Of a stretch of 64,000 nucleotides of DNA, positions 47,701 through 62,251 are shown in pieces. Positions within the stretch are counted from its first letter, which is position 1; the number at the start of each line of letters is the position of its first letter. The notes under the pieces were generated by a model that ran no database searches, was not told the DNA's origin, and saw nothing but the letters and a program-made list of their open reading frames with translations. The DNA comes from the human T2T-CHM13v2.0 reference genome, Homo sapiens: the NCBI RefSeq assembly GCF_009914755.1, contig NC_060934.1. One strand, written 5' to 3'. The position numbers and the translations under genes were made by a program.

Positions 47701-48479
47701 AAATAGGCTTGTTTTTTAAGAAATTGTTCACAGTGTAAGCCAAAGTATTCAGCTAACTTGGTTTCCATGTAAAGACGTTTCCTATTGTATCCCCTTGCGA
47801 ATATTCATGATTGTGTAGAACATTTGCTTGTCATTCATTTTCCGAAAGAACCTCTTGTTTGTGGGAATAATGCAATTATATTGTTTATACAAATCAGCTA
47901 ACTCCAAACTGACAAAATAAATTGCTTTTTTTTTTCCCCGAAATCATCAGAATCAGGGGTGGGACAATGAATGAGGCCAATATGAAGAGTGCTGAGTTTT
48001 CTCACACAGGCACTGCTGATGATGAATGAACATCCTAGTCACTTACATCATTGGATTAACAAGCCTAGGGAGTTGCTACTTTCTCCTCCTTGGCTCTCGT
48101 ATCTCTTTTCCACCTTGTTCTTCTGCCCTCTTTTGTCTTCTGAACATATCACTAATGATCTCCATTATGATCATGAGGGTATTTTACGTGAAAGACTCCT
48201 ACAATGTGCACTGCAGAGACAAAAAACACCAAAATGGCGGCCACTGTTACCATACTGTGCATCAGAGGAATTTTGGCCACAGTCTATTGGTGAAGGCTGG
48301 ATTCCAATCAATCACCCTAGAGAGCAAGATATCACTGCTGGCTAAGGCAAGGAGTTCACAGGTCTCAATTAAGCAGAATCTAAATAAAAAGAATGTCCAA
48401 TTATTGTTGTTTGCCTCCTTTTTTTTAAGCAAGAAAATGGAAAACTACCATAAAAGTGTGCCAGAGTAAAAGAAGTACT

Positions 48480-48645
48480 AGGTTAGGAAACTAGAAATGT
48501 GGTTTGTAGTCCTCAAGACTGCTTCTAGGAAGTTCAGAGAGAGGGCAAGCACATCACTTATCTCTCGGGTCCTCAGTTTTCCAACATGAAAATGGACAAG
48601 TTTGGCTAGAATCATAAACTTTTTCAGCTTCTAACATCTATGTTC
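48480..48645 (+). mobile_element. MIR3-like
   Basis: cacttatctctcgggtcctcagtttt...ttcagcttctaacatctatg. Confidence 0.55.
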
Positions 48646-49481
48646 TATTTTCACAATGTCTTCTTTTTATTAACTATTTTTCTTATTACATAAACAGTAT
48701 ATCTTCATTAGTTATAACAAATAAGTAATAAAGAACAAAATTAAAATCACTTGCTGATTTACTACTCTGAGACAACTGGGCTTACAAATAAATATATATT
48801 TATTTGTAAATATATCAAAATGAGGCTATGCCAAATATCCTGCAATAAATTAAACATTGATTTATTTTTTTTCCAAAAGGTAACACTAAATGTTTTGCTT
48901 ATTGCCAGAGCACGCGGGGCCCATTCTCTTTCATTCTCTTCAGATATTGCTACAGGCCCGGATAAGAATTAATAATGGGATGCTGCTGTCCCTGGCCATC
49001 AAAAAGAAAGGATAGAACCTCAAAGGAGCACTCAAAGGAGCCATAAAGATCCCTTGGAACTGCCTTCTAAACATTTTACAGATGAGAAACTTAAAGCCAA
49101 GAGTCAAGTGACAAGTCAAACATCGTCACTGGATGTCAACGCTGGAACAAGGATCTCCCACCTCCAGTTTTAAAACTGTTTTGCACTCTTTCATTGTTCC
49201 TACAGATTTTTTTACCTTAAACAAGCAGTGTTGACTTTTTTTTCCTTCTGATTGAGCTTTGGTTAACAGGAAAACTTGATTTAACCAACTTTCCTGGTTA
49301 ATGGAGGTCTCACCTTACCACACTCCAACCTCACACCCTGTCACTAGCAGGCTCCAGGAAGAGTCGCCTTGAATGACAGGGATGAGTCATGGACCATAAA
49401 TGGTACTTAGCAGGAAAGGTACCGAAAAAGTACGGAAAAGTACTGTTACCCCTCACTATGATATTATCCAAGCAATATAAC

Positions 49482-49724
49482 CTTTTTTTTTTTTTTTTTT
49501 TTGAGGAGTCTCGCTCTGTCGCCCAGGCTGGAGTGCAGTGGCATGATCTCTGCTCACTGCAAAGTCCACCTCCAGGTTCAAGCTATTTTCCTGCCTCAGC
49601 CTCCCTAGTAGCTGGGATTACAGGTACCCACCACCATGGTCTTGGAACTCCTGGTCTCAAGTGATCCACCTGCCTCAGCCTCCCAAAGTGCTGGCATTAC
49701 AGGTGTGAGTCACCACACCTGGCC
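49482..49724 (-). mobile_element. Alu with an internal deletion spanning the central A-rich linker
   Basis: ...ccaccaccatg joined directly to gtcttggaactcctgg... Confidence 0.88.
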
Positions 49725-50791
49725 TCAAGTGATAGAATCTTAATTTTCCTTTAATTCATTAAGTTTCTTTACATATTGCGCCAAATGAAGGGACATAGCT
49801 TGCAATAGATACTCCCAATAGATACTCCCTAAAGGTATGTGTAGATAGATTTTCCTTTGCATACCTTTAAAAAAGCAATGCCAGGAAACAATGTCAGATA
49901 CTTAATAAATATTCGTTGACTGATTGAGCTTGCTCCAATCAAAGGCACTGCTTTTCTTGGTGTTCTTGTTTACCATGAGATGGGGAAACAGCACCAGCCC
50001 ACGCCTATCTCACGGAGAGGCCAAGAGAGTGAAAGAAACAAGGGAGATCAGATCCTTAGAAGAAAAGCACTAGGTGTATTCAGAGCTCACTAATATTAAT
50101 CATCAAGCCAGAGCACCTGGTCCCTAAGTAAGGCTACTTCTTGGCCATTGAGAACTATCAGGCTTATTCTCAGTCTAAAAATGGCCTCATTCCCTAGATC
50201 ACTCCATCTAACGTTTACAATTCCTCACCACAATTCCCCACCCAGTTTGCTTTCCTGAGGTCATATCTGGTCCTGGTCAAGGTTACTTCAAGGGCATCTA
50301 GCCTAGTTGTCTTTTGTTTTCTTTTTTTTGTTTTCCTCACCTCAGCTCATCTGAAGGATACACACATTCTCAAAGACAAGGTGGAGCATGCTTTCTTGTC
50401 TTGAATACAACCTTCTGGATGGTTCTGATAAACCCACCTCACCCCTAGTGAGTCTCCCTGATTGCAGTTCAGCAGAAGAAACTGTGAGTCAGAGACTGGA
50501 GATGGTGTGTCCAGGGTTTCATCACTAGCAGGAGGAAGAGAAGCAAAAATCTCTTTCACATTTTAACTTTTCATAATCCGTTTTTTTCACTAGGCTCTGA
50601 TGTGGTCAATCCTGACATTGTTTCATTTTATTTAAGGGTATATCTTAGCATCTCCCTATAGAATCAAGCAGATCACTTTGCAAATTGTTGATGCATAGTA
50701 AATACATGAATGAATAAATGAATCCCAAGCTTGTTTTTCTCTTGCTGCTCTTTACTCAGTTTTTACCACTTATCTGGACCCAAGTCTATTT

Positions 50792-50977
50792 CAGTGGTAC
50801 ACAAACTAGAGCATGCATCAGATTTACCTGGAAGGTTTGTGAAACAGATTGCTGGGCCCAACTCTCAAAGTTTCTTATTTACTAGGTCTGGGGTGTGGCC
50901 AATAATCTGCATTTCTAACAAGTTCCCAGGAGACACACTGATGCTGCAGGTCCAGAACTGCATTTTGAGAACCAATG
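50792..50977. mobile_element. MER5A hAT MITE
   Basis: cagtgg...tgcatttctaacaagttcccagg...tttgagaaccaatg; TSD gtctattt / gtctatct. Confidence 0.85.
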
Positions 50978-51969
50978 GTCTATCTTATCCAAAGATTTCA
51001 TGGGATCTCAGCTTTTTTAAAAGGTTCATTTTCAGTCAATTAAAGATTCTATGTTCACTCACCACTTTTCTCAGGCCTATTCTCAATCAGTGGTCTGATT
51101 TGCTTACCAATTTTCTTCTTTTTTTTCTTTTTTTTTGCTTACCAATTTTCTTAAGCAACACTATCCATGGTAATCCACAACACTCGTATTTATCTTTATT
51201 TACATCTATCTATATATTAATCTTTCTATTAAGGATTGTCTTATCTAGAATATTTTTCCTTATTTATACTATTATTCTCTTGCTATACATACAAACAAGG
51301 CTTATTAGCATAGGCCCATGTCTTAGTTCCCCCTAAAAGAAATTAGCACCCGCACTGTGTTTCGTTGACCGTAGACTACTGTTCAATAATATTTGTTACA
51401 GAGAATTATAAAAATTTAGAATTGCAATAGTCCACAAATACAAGTATAATCACCAACACATTTTATCAGGGGAGAAACTGACACACATAAAGCTGTGACT
51501 TTTCCAAGATTTCACAGGTCAATGGTAGCACAACCAAGATTAGAACCCAGCTCCCCTCCTTTCATATTTTTTAAGCCTACCATAATGCCTCTTGGGCATC
51601 ATGAAGCTATAATTGTGTGTGGTGCTATTGCAATGGATAATTTATTATTTTTTTATATATAATAAAAAAAATACAACAATAGTAACAACAATTCCTATAG
51701 TAAACAACAATTCCTCTGATGATTAATTATACAAAGATCTAGCTTTTAAAAAGAAAATGCATTTGCAATAGGAGTTCCCTATTATCATAAAGATCTCAAT
51801 GTTCTCAGGCACAGGGCTAAGAACTTTATATGAATATTCTCACTTACTTCTTGAGTGAACCCTGGAGGTGGATATTGTCCCCAATTTTCAGATGTAAAAA
51901 TTGAGACACAGGAAGTTGTTTGCTCACACTACTAGGATTAGAACTTCTGACTATCATTTCTTTTCTGAA

Positions 51970-52093
51970 TTCCCAACAGACAGTGAGCTTCATGAGGGCA
52001 AGGATTGCACACACCTTAATTACTATCTCCCACCCAGTGCATAGCTCATGGAAGGAGCTCAATAAATATATGCTGAGTGAATGAATGAATGAA
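51970..52093 (+). mobile_element. L2 3' end
   Basis: cagacagtgagcttcatgagggcaagga...gctcaataaatatatgctgagtgaatgaatgaatgaa. Confidence 0.7.
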
Positions 52094-54467
52094 AATCCCT
52101 TTCAATATTCTTGGTCTTACCAACTGTTTCTACACTCCTTATTCTACCATGGAGTATCCTTTAATAATAAAAACTGACAATTGTCCTGGCATCATGAGGA
52201 AACATGTTTTCTTATGCAGCAAAATCTATAGTTTATTGTTTTTGCCTTGACATTTGTATGCCACCAAATGTTTCCAACTCTTTTAGCATGATTAGGCCCC
52301 TATAGAAGGCTTTGCTTGCAAAGTGCTTTTTAGTTATTCACAATGAATTGTTCCAGTGGTAAATGTGACTCATCATCTCATCATTCCCATTCAACAGAGG
52401 GGAAACACACAACTAAGTCACGTCCGAGGTCAAAGTCAAGCGAATGGAGGAGTCAGGCATGAAACTGGTGACCCTAGCCCCAAATCTAGTTAGTTATGCC
52501 TCCGGCTCCTGGTCTCTTCCAAGATTTCTACACAGTTCCAAGCTCTCCTGCATTTGCCAGATGTTTATCACATCTTTCAAGTGGAAGCAAGTTCTTTCAA
52601 TTAAGCTCATCAGGGGAAACCCACTCTACTTCTCTGAAAGAGGAACGGCTGAACCAGTTCGCCTAAAATAAGAACTGACGTGAGTCTTTGTCTGAATTCT
52701 GAAGCTGTTCTGACAGCGTTTTCTAGTTGGCTAAGGTCCCACCAGTAATGAACTGGAATATAAAAACAAAGGCTGTTCTCATGTTGTTTCCCAACCAAAG
52801 AGGGCTGTCCAAGCACTGGGTGAGTACTGAAATATCGGGATGTTTATCTGAGTCTTGAGCCTGACTTTTCCCTACCTAAATACTCCATCAAGTTCCCACC
52901 AGTATGCACACAAAAAGACTATGTTTCCGTGTTTCTACAAGAGTCCCAGAAAACAAGCCAATTTCTACAGTCATTTAACAATTCTCCCCTGATATCTCTG
53001 GATTTTTTTTCTCTCTTGGGGAAATAAATGAGCAGCTGAAAATAAAATAGAATTTTTAAGTTGCACTTAGGATATAATTGAAGTGCTATGACTTGTCTTT
53101 ACTCCCAATTTTATAATCCAATTTTCAAGTCTATACTAGCAATTTAATGGTGCCACATTTGTATAGTTTCTTTGAAATTTTCATAATCTCATTAATTAAA
53201 GAATTGAAGAACATAAAAGGTAAGAGTGAAAAGGCCAAGAAAGAACAAAAGCATAGTGCAAGACTTGAATACTAATTAGATTTACCATCAAGGTATTCTT
53301 TCTGGAGTGAAAAATCACTCCAAAACAGCTACTGTGGATCTAATCTGAGAAGCAACTAATAAAGGTCATTGCAACAGTCTTTCCAGGTTTTCCAGAATTT
53401 GAGACAGCAAACCTCAAACCCCAAAGTATTTCTCTGGAGAGGTTTTCAGGTTAAACTGGGAACCACAGATAATTAAAGCAAGCTAACTGGTAGACAGTAG
53501 CTGCTCTGGCAAATTTACTGCAAGGGCATTCCTTGGCATGCTTGATGTGTTGGTTTCCACAACAGAGAGGCTGGAGGAAGAATCTCTGCTCCCACCTCAG
53601 TGTCTTATCTGCACTTTCTCCCCCAGCCCCTACTTAAAAAACAGAGAAGAACCTCACAGTCCTAGCCCTGATTGCTTCAAATTGGTTTAGGAGCTACCAT
53701 CAAATTGAACATATAGTGGGGTAGGAAGAGGATTTGGGCTAATATTTTATATTTTATGCTTCCCTAGTTTAGCTGGATGTTTTTTTCTTTATTGCTTAAA
53801 TCAGGGACAGAGCTTAAGCTAGGACAGTGCTTGAAAACACAGATATTTACAGGAGAAAAGCATATAACATCAACACATATAGCAGGCTGGGTGTGAGAAG
53901 CACACATCCCACTCAGTCTAGCTTTATTTTCCCACTTTTAATGAAGACTTGAATGTAAGAAATAGATTGTTTTTACCTTAACTCTACTACACAAAAATAA
54001 CATTCCAAATTCAGTGGTAAATGGCAAATGACACTAGGCGTTAATGTGGGCAGTAGGGAGTGGCAGGGACTGTGGAAAATAGAGCAATAAGCCCATCTAA
54101 AGGTGGTAGCCACTGCACACCTGCAGCAGATTGCTGGCATGCTGGAATTCAGGACCCAGGGTCCTGTCTGATGTTTCAAGAGAAGCCAGAAATTTGGGTA
54201 TGTCCATGTTGGCAATTTATTTTGGTTTTGTTGTTGTTGTTTGCTGTTTTAAACAGCATGGTTCCAATGAACACTGTGTGGACCAAAAAACAAACAAAAA
54301 AACCGAAACATAAAACCTGTGTGCAACCTCTGCTTTCAGGTCCCGAGAGGGTAATTAGTTTGGTTTCTTGGCTTTTATTTCCCATCTCTCTCCTACCCCC
54401 CAACCCCCAGCCCTCAGCCTTCACCTGTCACTCTCTGCTCACAGCCCTTCATTTTGGCTAAATCTAA

Positions 54468-55006
<539 letters not shown>

Positions 55007-55521
55007 TATAATTTGTTTTCTTAGAGTACACTTCTATTTTTAAAAAAAGTATGTCCTGGTGGGGAGTCTAGCCCACATTGAGTTGAATCCCAGACATACA
55101 AAGATAAGTCAACCAAACAATGAAAGAATATTTCATAGCAATAATATTGAAATTTAAACTCCCAGGTTCATTCAACATTAGGCATAGAAATTTCCTTCAA
55201 CATAAAGCCTGCTTCAGTCCACTCCTTTTATATCCGAAGGAATTGAAGCCTAAAGAGATTCAGTGTTTGGGGGTGACTAGAAAAATAGCTAGCTAATCAG
55301 GAAAGCGGATCTAAGATCCAAGTCTCCAGTTTTCATCATTAATGTGGTTTTCATTATCTGCTGTTCTGATGATACTATCATTTGATTGGAGACTATATTC
55401 ACCAAGCTAAAAAGAGTAAAAAGAAGACTATCCTTTGTCAGTCATGCTCATACATTTTGGAATCTATTCTTGGATGGCATATCACAATAGCTACTTAGCT
55501 CCAGAGACAACAAACTACCAC

Positions 55522-55522
<1 letters not shown>

Positions 55523-55572
<50 letters not shown>
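55523..55572 (+). repeat. (TTA)n microsatellite
   Basis: About 16 pure units. Confidence 0.95.
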
Positions 55573-55573
<1 letters not shown>

Positions 55574-56219
55574 TGTATTCATGTTCACTAAGCATTGAAT
55601 CCGGGCTTCCTATGTAACCACATTGCTCCTTGCTCTGTGATTGGCAGGGTCTACTGTGCTACACAGAGGAGTGGTACACAAATCAGCATAAGCACATCAT
55701 GACTCACCGCTGAATACATTTTTTCCTCTGAAATTACTCAATCAGAAGATGATAGTATCTCACCCAAAAATACACAATTAAATCATTGTGAATGGAAAGA
55801 CAGACTGTAAGCAGAAGGCTGGAGTGATCTCTTGTAGCCACCATTTCTAGCTCTCAAAATCTGGGGTAGATTTGGTCCCAAGTGTCTGAGCCTATGACAA
55901 AGGGGTTCTACCCCCCAAATTCTATAGAGTGAGACCATGGTGGTGTAGAAAGAGCAGTGGGCCCTGAGCCAGGAAAGAGCAGTGGCAATGAATATGTCTA
56001 CTCCGGCATTCAGTTTTCTCCTCTGTGAAGGGATTAAACGAGGTGACTCTGAGAGTCTCCTTCAAGTTTCAGCATCCTCTGCTTCTCCTACCACAGCTAG
56101 TGGTAACTGACTTGAGGTTTTCTGATGAAAACACACATACCACCACACACATAATGACATCTTTAGGGAATGACACATCGTATAGGGTTCATTGCTTAAG
56201 TGGCCAAGAATATATTCTG

Positions 56220-56535
56220 GGTTGGGCACAGTGGCTCATGCCTGTAATCCCAGCACTTTGGGAGGCCACGGTGAGCAAATCACTTGAGTCCATGAGTTTG
56301 AGACCAGCCCAGGCAATGTGGGAAAACTCTGTCTCTACTAAAAATACAAAAAATTAGCCAGGCATGGTGATGCATGCCTGTAATCCCAGCTACCTGAGAG
56401 GCTGAGGTGGCAGAATCACCTGATCCCAGGAGATCGAGGCTGCAGTGAGCCATGATCGTACACTGCACTCCAACCTAGGCAACAGAGTGAGGCCCTGTCT
56501 CAAAAAAACAAAAAAAAAAAAAAACAAAAAAAGAA
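56220..56535 (+). mobile_element. Alu (AluJ-like)
   Basis: Full dimer with gaggctgcagtgagccatgatc. Confidence 0.9.
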
Positions 56536-57775
56536 AAGATATAAAATTAATGTATTTTGTCCTGATGTAAAATAATTATCTTTATGTTGTTGTAGCTGCT
56601 GCTGTTGTATGCTTAGATATACTTTGATATTGTCTTTATATTTCCAGATATTTGTTTACAAAGTTTTTGGAGTATCTGCCTTTATATTTTGAAAACTTTT
56701 GAAAAACACACCCACAAATCTCAGATTTTCTCTTTAACCTTAATCTTTTAGGAGACAGAGAAGCAAAAGAGAAGGAAACACGTGCAATTTCTTGGCTTTT
56801 GTCTCAACAGGAAAACCTTTTTCTTTTCTTTTTTTTTAACATCTTAGACTTTTTTTCAAAACAAACATCACAAGGAAGGGAGGAAATCATAGCCAGAGAC
56901 ACTAAAAGGCCAAAACACTGCATTTCCACATCTTGTGATGCTTCTTTAACAATGAGTTGAAGATTGATGCCTTTAGGGATAATGAAGCATGGAACTACCT
57001 TTCAGACATACAGTTCCTTTTCAGTTCCTTCTCTGCATGGGCCAGGATATTGGAAAAAATCAGCAGATTTCCACGTGTTAATGTTCAACCAGGTACAGTG
57101 ATGGGTATAAAGCACAGAGGGCAAGACAGATCTGTTTGACATGTTCACCACTCCAGCCTATTGAAGAAGGCATGTACTTGCCTTGTATGTTGCCTTGTCT
57201 AATTAGCTGCTGAGCTGTTCCCTGGCTCCCTGCTCCTGACTGAGACTTAGCGGGAAAACTGTCACCAGGCATGATGAAGTGGCGCTTGATTGTGCTACAA
57301 GATGTCCTGTGGATGCAGTCCAGACTGTTTCGACTAATCATCAACTTTGCAGATTCCAACACCAGGGCTTGTCTGCCAGGGCAAGGGCTTTGCAAAAGTC
57401 AGAGTAAATGATCTGTAGCTGCAGAAAGAATATAAGGAATTGCTTTGTTTATATATTTTTTAAAGGACTGACTTCAATAGGCAGCTCCATGAGGGTGCCT
57501 CAGGAAAGGGGACCATTTCAAGTCACGTCTCCTCACAGCACCATCCTAGGAACGAGAAGCACCAGCATTTACTATCATTTACACACACACAGATATGTCG
57601 CCATGTTAAGTACTAGGTAAATTTTTAGCCATAGCTATATAACTATTCAGTTAACTCCTCCCTTCCATCCCAGCATTATCACTTACTCTGTACCTTTGGA
57701 CAAGTTACTGTCTTCTCTGAGTCTCGGCGCCCTCATTTGTAAATTATTTTATATGGTTTTTGTGAGTGACTTTTA

Positions 57776-57923
<148 letters not shown>

Positions 57924-58768
57924 TGAGTGACTTTTAAAGGGCTTAGAACATAGTAAGTGCTTATTCATGTTACCTGCAGGTATCATTACTATTATGGTGT
58001 TTGAGTCCATCATTCTAAAAGTGAATGTGATTTAAAAAAAAAAAAAAGCCACCAGTTGATAAGCATCATCTGCACAGTGTAGATTCAAAAGCTAACTACA
58101 GGTTACAAACGATAGTTGAGAGTGTATCTAGAATGATCTTCAGAGGGTTGTAATAACAAGGAAGGCTTCTGATGCAGATTTGCAAGGTGAAACAAGAAGA
58201 GCAGGCTGTTCCCCCTGTTAGTTAGCACTACCATAACTTGTTGGTGACAAAGGCCATTCCAAGCAGTATTTTTAAAAACAAACACATATGTCCACCACTG
58301 GTAAAAATAGACCTGAGTCTATCCATTCTTTAAATTTTGGCTGCCTGTCACTAGCATAAGATTAGTACTAATCATAGAAGAATTACCCCAAGTCAAAACA
58401 CAGCATTTAGTTCGGAAAACAGAAATAGAGAATGTAAGATCCGGACAGAAACAAAAGCAAATCTAGTCTGCTCTACCCTGGCTCCCATTTTCAAGTGGAG
58501 AACCTGAAGCCCAGAAGGGGGACCTGCTCCTTTGTGTCAGAACTGAATCCAGAGCGAAATCTCCCACCTGCACTGCCTCCCAATCAGGGGCTCACATCCT
58601 CTCTAACCACGGGATGAGTTTCATCTTTGCAGTGGGTCAGAAGTGATTGACCCAAGTCAACCAGTTAACTGGCTAGGGCTCAAATTGAGATTTTCCTCCA
58701 ATTTACCTAGCGAGGACTTCCTAAAATAAAGGATGAGGATGATAAAAAAGAGCAAACCTTATTTCATA

Positions 58769-58903
58769 GAATGATTTAATGGCTAAAAATAGACATGATC
58801 AGTTTTCAAAAAGGAGAGCTATATATATGTACTTGAATGATTTAATGGTTAAAAATAGACATGACCAGTTTTCAAAAAGGAGAGCCATATACATATACGT
58901 GAA
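58769..58903 (+). repeat. 66-bp tandem duplication
   Basis: Units start at 58769 and 58835; 60/66 identical. Confidence 0.92.
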
Positions 58904-58969
58904 AAGATATCCAAAACATATTTTTAAGTGAAAAGAAGTACAGAAGAGTCTATAGAATATCCATAAAAT

Positions 58970-59232
58970 GGCCAGGCATGGTGGTTCACACCTGTAATCC
59001 CAGCACTTTGGGAGGCCGAGGCTGGTGGATCATTTGAGGTCAGGAGTTTGAGACCAGCCTGGCCAACATGATGAAACCCCATCTCTACTAAAAATACAAA
59101 AATCAGCTGGCTGTGGTTGGACACACCTGTAGTCTCAGCTACTTGGGAGGCTGAGGCAGGAGAATCACTTGAACCCAGGAGGCGGAGGTTGAAGTGAGCC
59201 CAGAGCACTCCAGCCTGGGCGACAGAGCATTA
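58970..59232 (+). mobile_element. Alu (AluS-like) with a small deletion in the right arm
   Basis: Dimer; flanks aatatccataaa / aaaatccataga. Confidence 0.9.
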
Positions 59233-59264
59233 CTCTGTCTCAAAAAAAAAATCCATAGACAGGC

Positions 59265-59272
59265 GTGTGTGC

Positions 59273-59303
<31 letters not shown>
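59265..59303 (+). repeat. Compound (TG)n(GA)n microsatellite
   Basis: gtgtgtgcgtgtgtgt...gagagagaga. Confidence 0.9.
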
Positions 59304-59304
<1 letters not shown>

Positions 59305-61419
59305 CAGGAGAGAGTCTGAGTGTTTGTACACGTACATAAGTACATGAAAAAAAAATTGAAGATTTGCACCAAATTGTTAGCAACCCTCTTAGGAAGGAAA
59401 TGGGATTAAGGAAACAAGAATAAGTAGAAGGCAAAAAGACACTTTCTTTTTTTCTACCTACTTCAGTTGGTTTGAATTTTTTACAGAAAGAACTTTTTTT
59501 TACAGTAAATGTTACTTGTGCAATTATAAGCTTATTTCATATATTTCAATATATTATCCATGATCTATTATCACCCAAAGCATCCCCAAAACTTTTGCAA
59601 AACTTATCATAACAAAGGGAAATATTTGGCATATGAAGCTAATTTGCTTCTGTTCTCAAACTAAGACATAGTGAAGCTGCATCTCTACTATGGCCCGATA
59701 ATAATAATACGTAAATCTTGACTTGGTTATTAGTAGTGTCAGTAATACAAATACAATCTTAGAATATTAATTAAGCTTCTAAAGCATTTTAAGAATAGCA
59801 TATAACAATCTAAATACATCAGTATTCTAAGGTTTTTATTGAAGTTTGCATATAAATATGCACAAAAGTTTCCCATCTTTGCAGATAAGTTATATTTTAA
59901 AAATTAATCATAGAGCCATGCTTTTATTTAGGAAATTCTATGTGAAATATTTTTAATTCATGGTGACTTTATTCTCCAAACCTCCTGGTGATTTTATGCT
60001 GGTAATTCAGCAGCAAAATAAAAATCAAGCTATATTAATCCCAACTAGCAAAATTACCTTCTAATTATACTTTTGCTTTAGGAAGTGGTAAATTATTTCA
60101 CATTAGGACATTTTTATTGGATAGTCCTTGTATCTGAATGTCAATTGAAATTTTAAACTTCTTGAATTTTAGTTCAGTTTTTCCTGTGAAGCAGAAATAA
60201 AAAGTCCCAGCTGTAGTGTTGCTTATGTAGGGAAATCATCAGAGAACACAACTGAACCTCAGCTTGCACTAATAATGACTAGATAGCCGTCATTTTTAAA
60301 AACAATGTCACAAAAGCTATTTCGATGCTGTCATGCTTAAGAATAATTAGTTTCCATCAAAGCAACAGATTATCTGTTCATGTTGTCCACTGGGTCATTA
60401 CAATGAACAACCAATACAGATAAATGATATCTAATCTTTTCTGCTCTTCTATTGGGCTGATTGATGGTTATAACAACTCCAATATTATAAGGTAGAAAAA
60501 TTATGCTGACATTTAGAAGCAAAAGCACAGCAAGATAAAACTAAGTACAAAGCATGCCCAACACTATTGGTGGTGGTGGGGGGAGAAATATCTAAAGACA
60601 AATAGAACTGAAAACAGAATGGCAATTAGGCCAAAGGAGAGTTATGGGAGGCAACGACTATACCTTGTGGGTGGCAGGCAGCTCAATTAATTATATAACA
60701 AGGGGGACCCGGGAATTTCTGTAAGACACATTATTAAAAGGAATATTGACTTAAGCATTTTTTAAATTTTATGCCCTAAAAGAAGACAAAAGGGTTTCCC
60801 TAGTATTGATCTGCTCCTGAATCAGGTTGACTTTAAAGGATCACATAATGAGAAACGGTTGAGCTGCAAATGAGACTAAGAAGAAACTGCAACTACTTAC
60901 AACTCACATTTATCAGGTTCAATAGAGTCTATCCTTTTCATGTTGCTTTGTGTTCATGCTGTATTTGTGAGCCAGAATTGGAAAACAACCATTAAGCTTG
61001 CCGTAAATATGAAACAGCAGTTTGGGACTGTACCTTTGGTTCAGTCTATTAGCATTGATCATTTGTAGAAAAAAATACGTAATGAGGATAGCTTAGACTG
61101 AGAGTCAAGACAAAAGCTGCCTTCAGTTTATTTATCAGATATTTGAAAAATATGTACTAGTATAGTTGTTTTTGCCTCCGAGAGTGTCGATTCCAGCTAA
61201 AGATTTTCATTTTAAGCAGAAAGAGGGGAACTTTTTAGCTCAGTGCGTGCTAATGGGGATAGGCCCCTACTTAGAAAAGTCTGCTCACTGTCATTTATCC
61301 TACCTATGTCAATGTGGCTCACATTTTTTTTACAGCAAATGTTTTTTAGATTTTCTCTGAGAATCACCAGTTTTCCAGGAATACATTCTATACTCTTTCC
61401 ATTAAAAAAACTATGCTCC

Positions 61420-61689
61420 TTCTAAATGCAATGAGGCATCCTAGGTTGAATCTTGGAACAGAAAAAGGACATTTTTTGAAAACCTGAGGAAATCCCAATA
61501 AAGACTACAGTTTAGCTAATAGTATTGTATCAATCAATGCTAAGATCTTAGTTTTGATAAATGGGCCAGTTATTATGCAAGGTGCCAACATTAGAGGAAA
61601 CTGGAAGAAAGGTATGCGGGAACATTCTGTACCAACTTTGCAACTCTTCTGCAAATCTAAAATTATTCAAAATAATAAGTTTTTAAAAA
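61420..61689 (+). mobile_element. 5'-truncated L1MC-type 3' end
   Basis: ctaaatgcaatg...tcttggaacagaaaaaggacatt...tttgcaactcttctgcaaatctaaaattattcaaaat; TATGCTCC at 61412-61419 and 61690-61697. Confidence 0.75.
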
Positions 61690-61965
61690 TATGCTCCCTG
61701 GGGTACCAATTCCCCTAACCCCATCACACTTAAGAATTAATGGTAAACTGGCAAATGAGCGGATGCTTGTTAGACTTATACACAATGACATCATTGTGGT
61801 CCACTGGCAAGACTTCAATACCAGGAGAGAAGAGTTGTAAAAAAAAAATTCTAAAGTTGTTAAAAAAAAAATCTAGGTTTTTCTTCCTTAACACAGAGAA
61901 CAAGAATGAGAGCAAAAGAGAGAGGGGGAGAGAAAAAAATGAGAGGTGTGCTTTTTTCTTTAAGC

Positions 61966-62220
61966 CAGTGGTTCTTAACTGGGGGCAATTTTACACATCC
62001 ACCCCCCGCCCCAGGGAACATTTGGCAATGTCTGGAGACTTTCAGATGTCACAACTGGAAGGTGCTACTAGCATCCAATAGGTAGAGACCAGGGAGGAGG
62101 CTACGTATCCCACAATGCCAACAAAGCCCCCTATGACAAAGAACTATCCAGCCCAAAATGTCAATAGTGCCTACATTTAATGATCAAAACAAAACAAAAC
62201 AGTAACAACAAAAAAACTTG
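61966..62220 (+). mobile_element. MER20 with an A-rich insertion near its right end
   Basis: cagtggttcttaactgggggcaatttt...ccagcccaaaatgtcaatagtgcc; TSD ctttaagc (61958-61965) / cttaaagc (62221-62228). Confidence 0.82.
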
Positions 62221-62251
62221 CTTAAAGCAATTAAAATTCAAAAGCAAAATA

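Noticed and set aside
50731-51336. 201-aa hydrophobic ORF resembling a membrane protein
   Set aside because: It has a non-ATG start and crosses MER5A and T-rich tracts. The hydrophobicity comes from T-richness.
55435-55617. Poly-Ile ORF
   Set aside because: Translation of the (ATT)n microsatellite.
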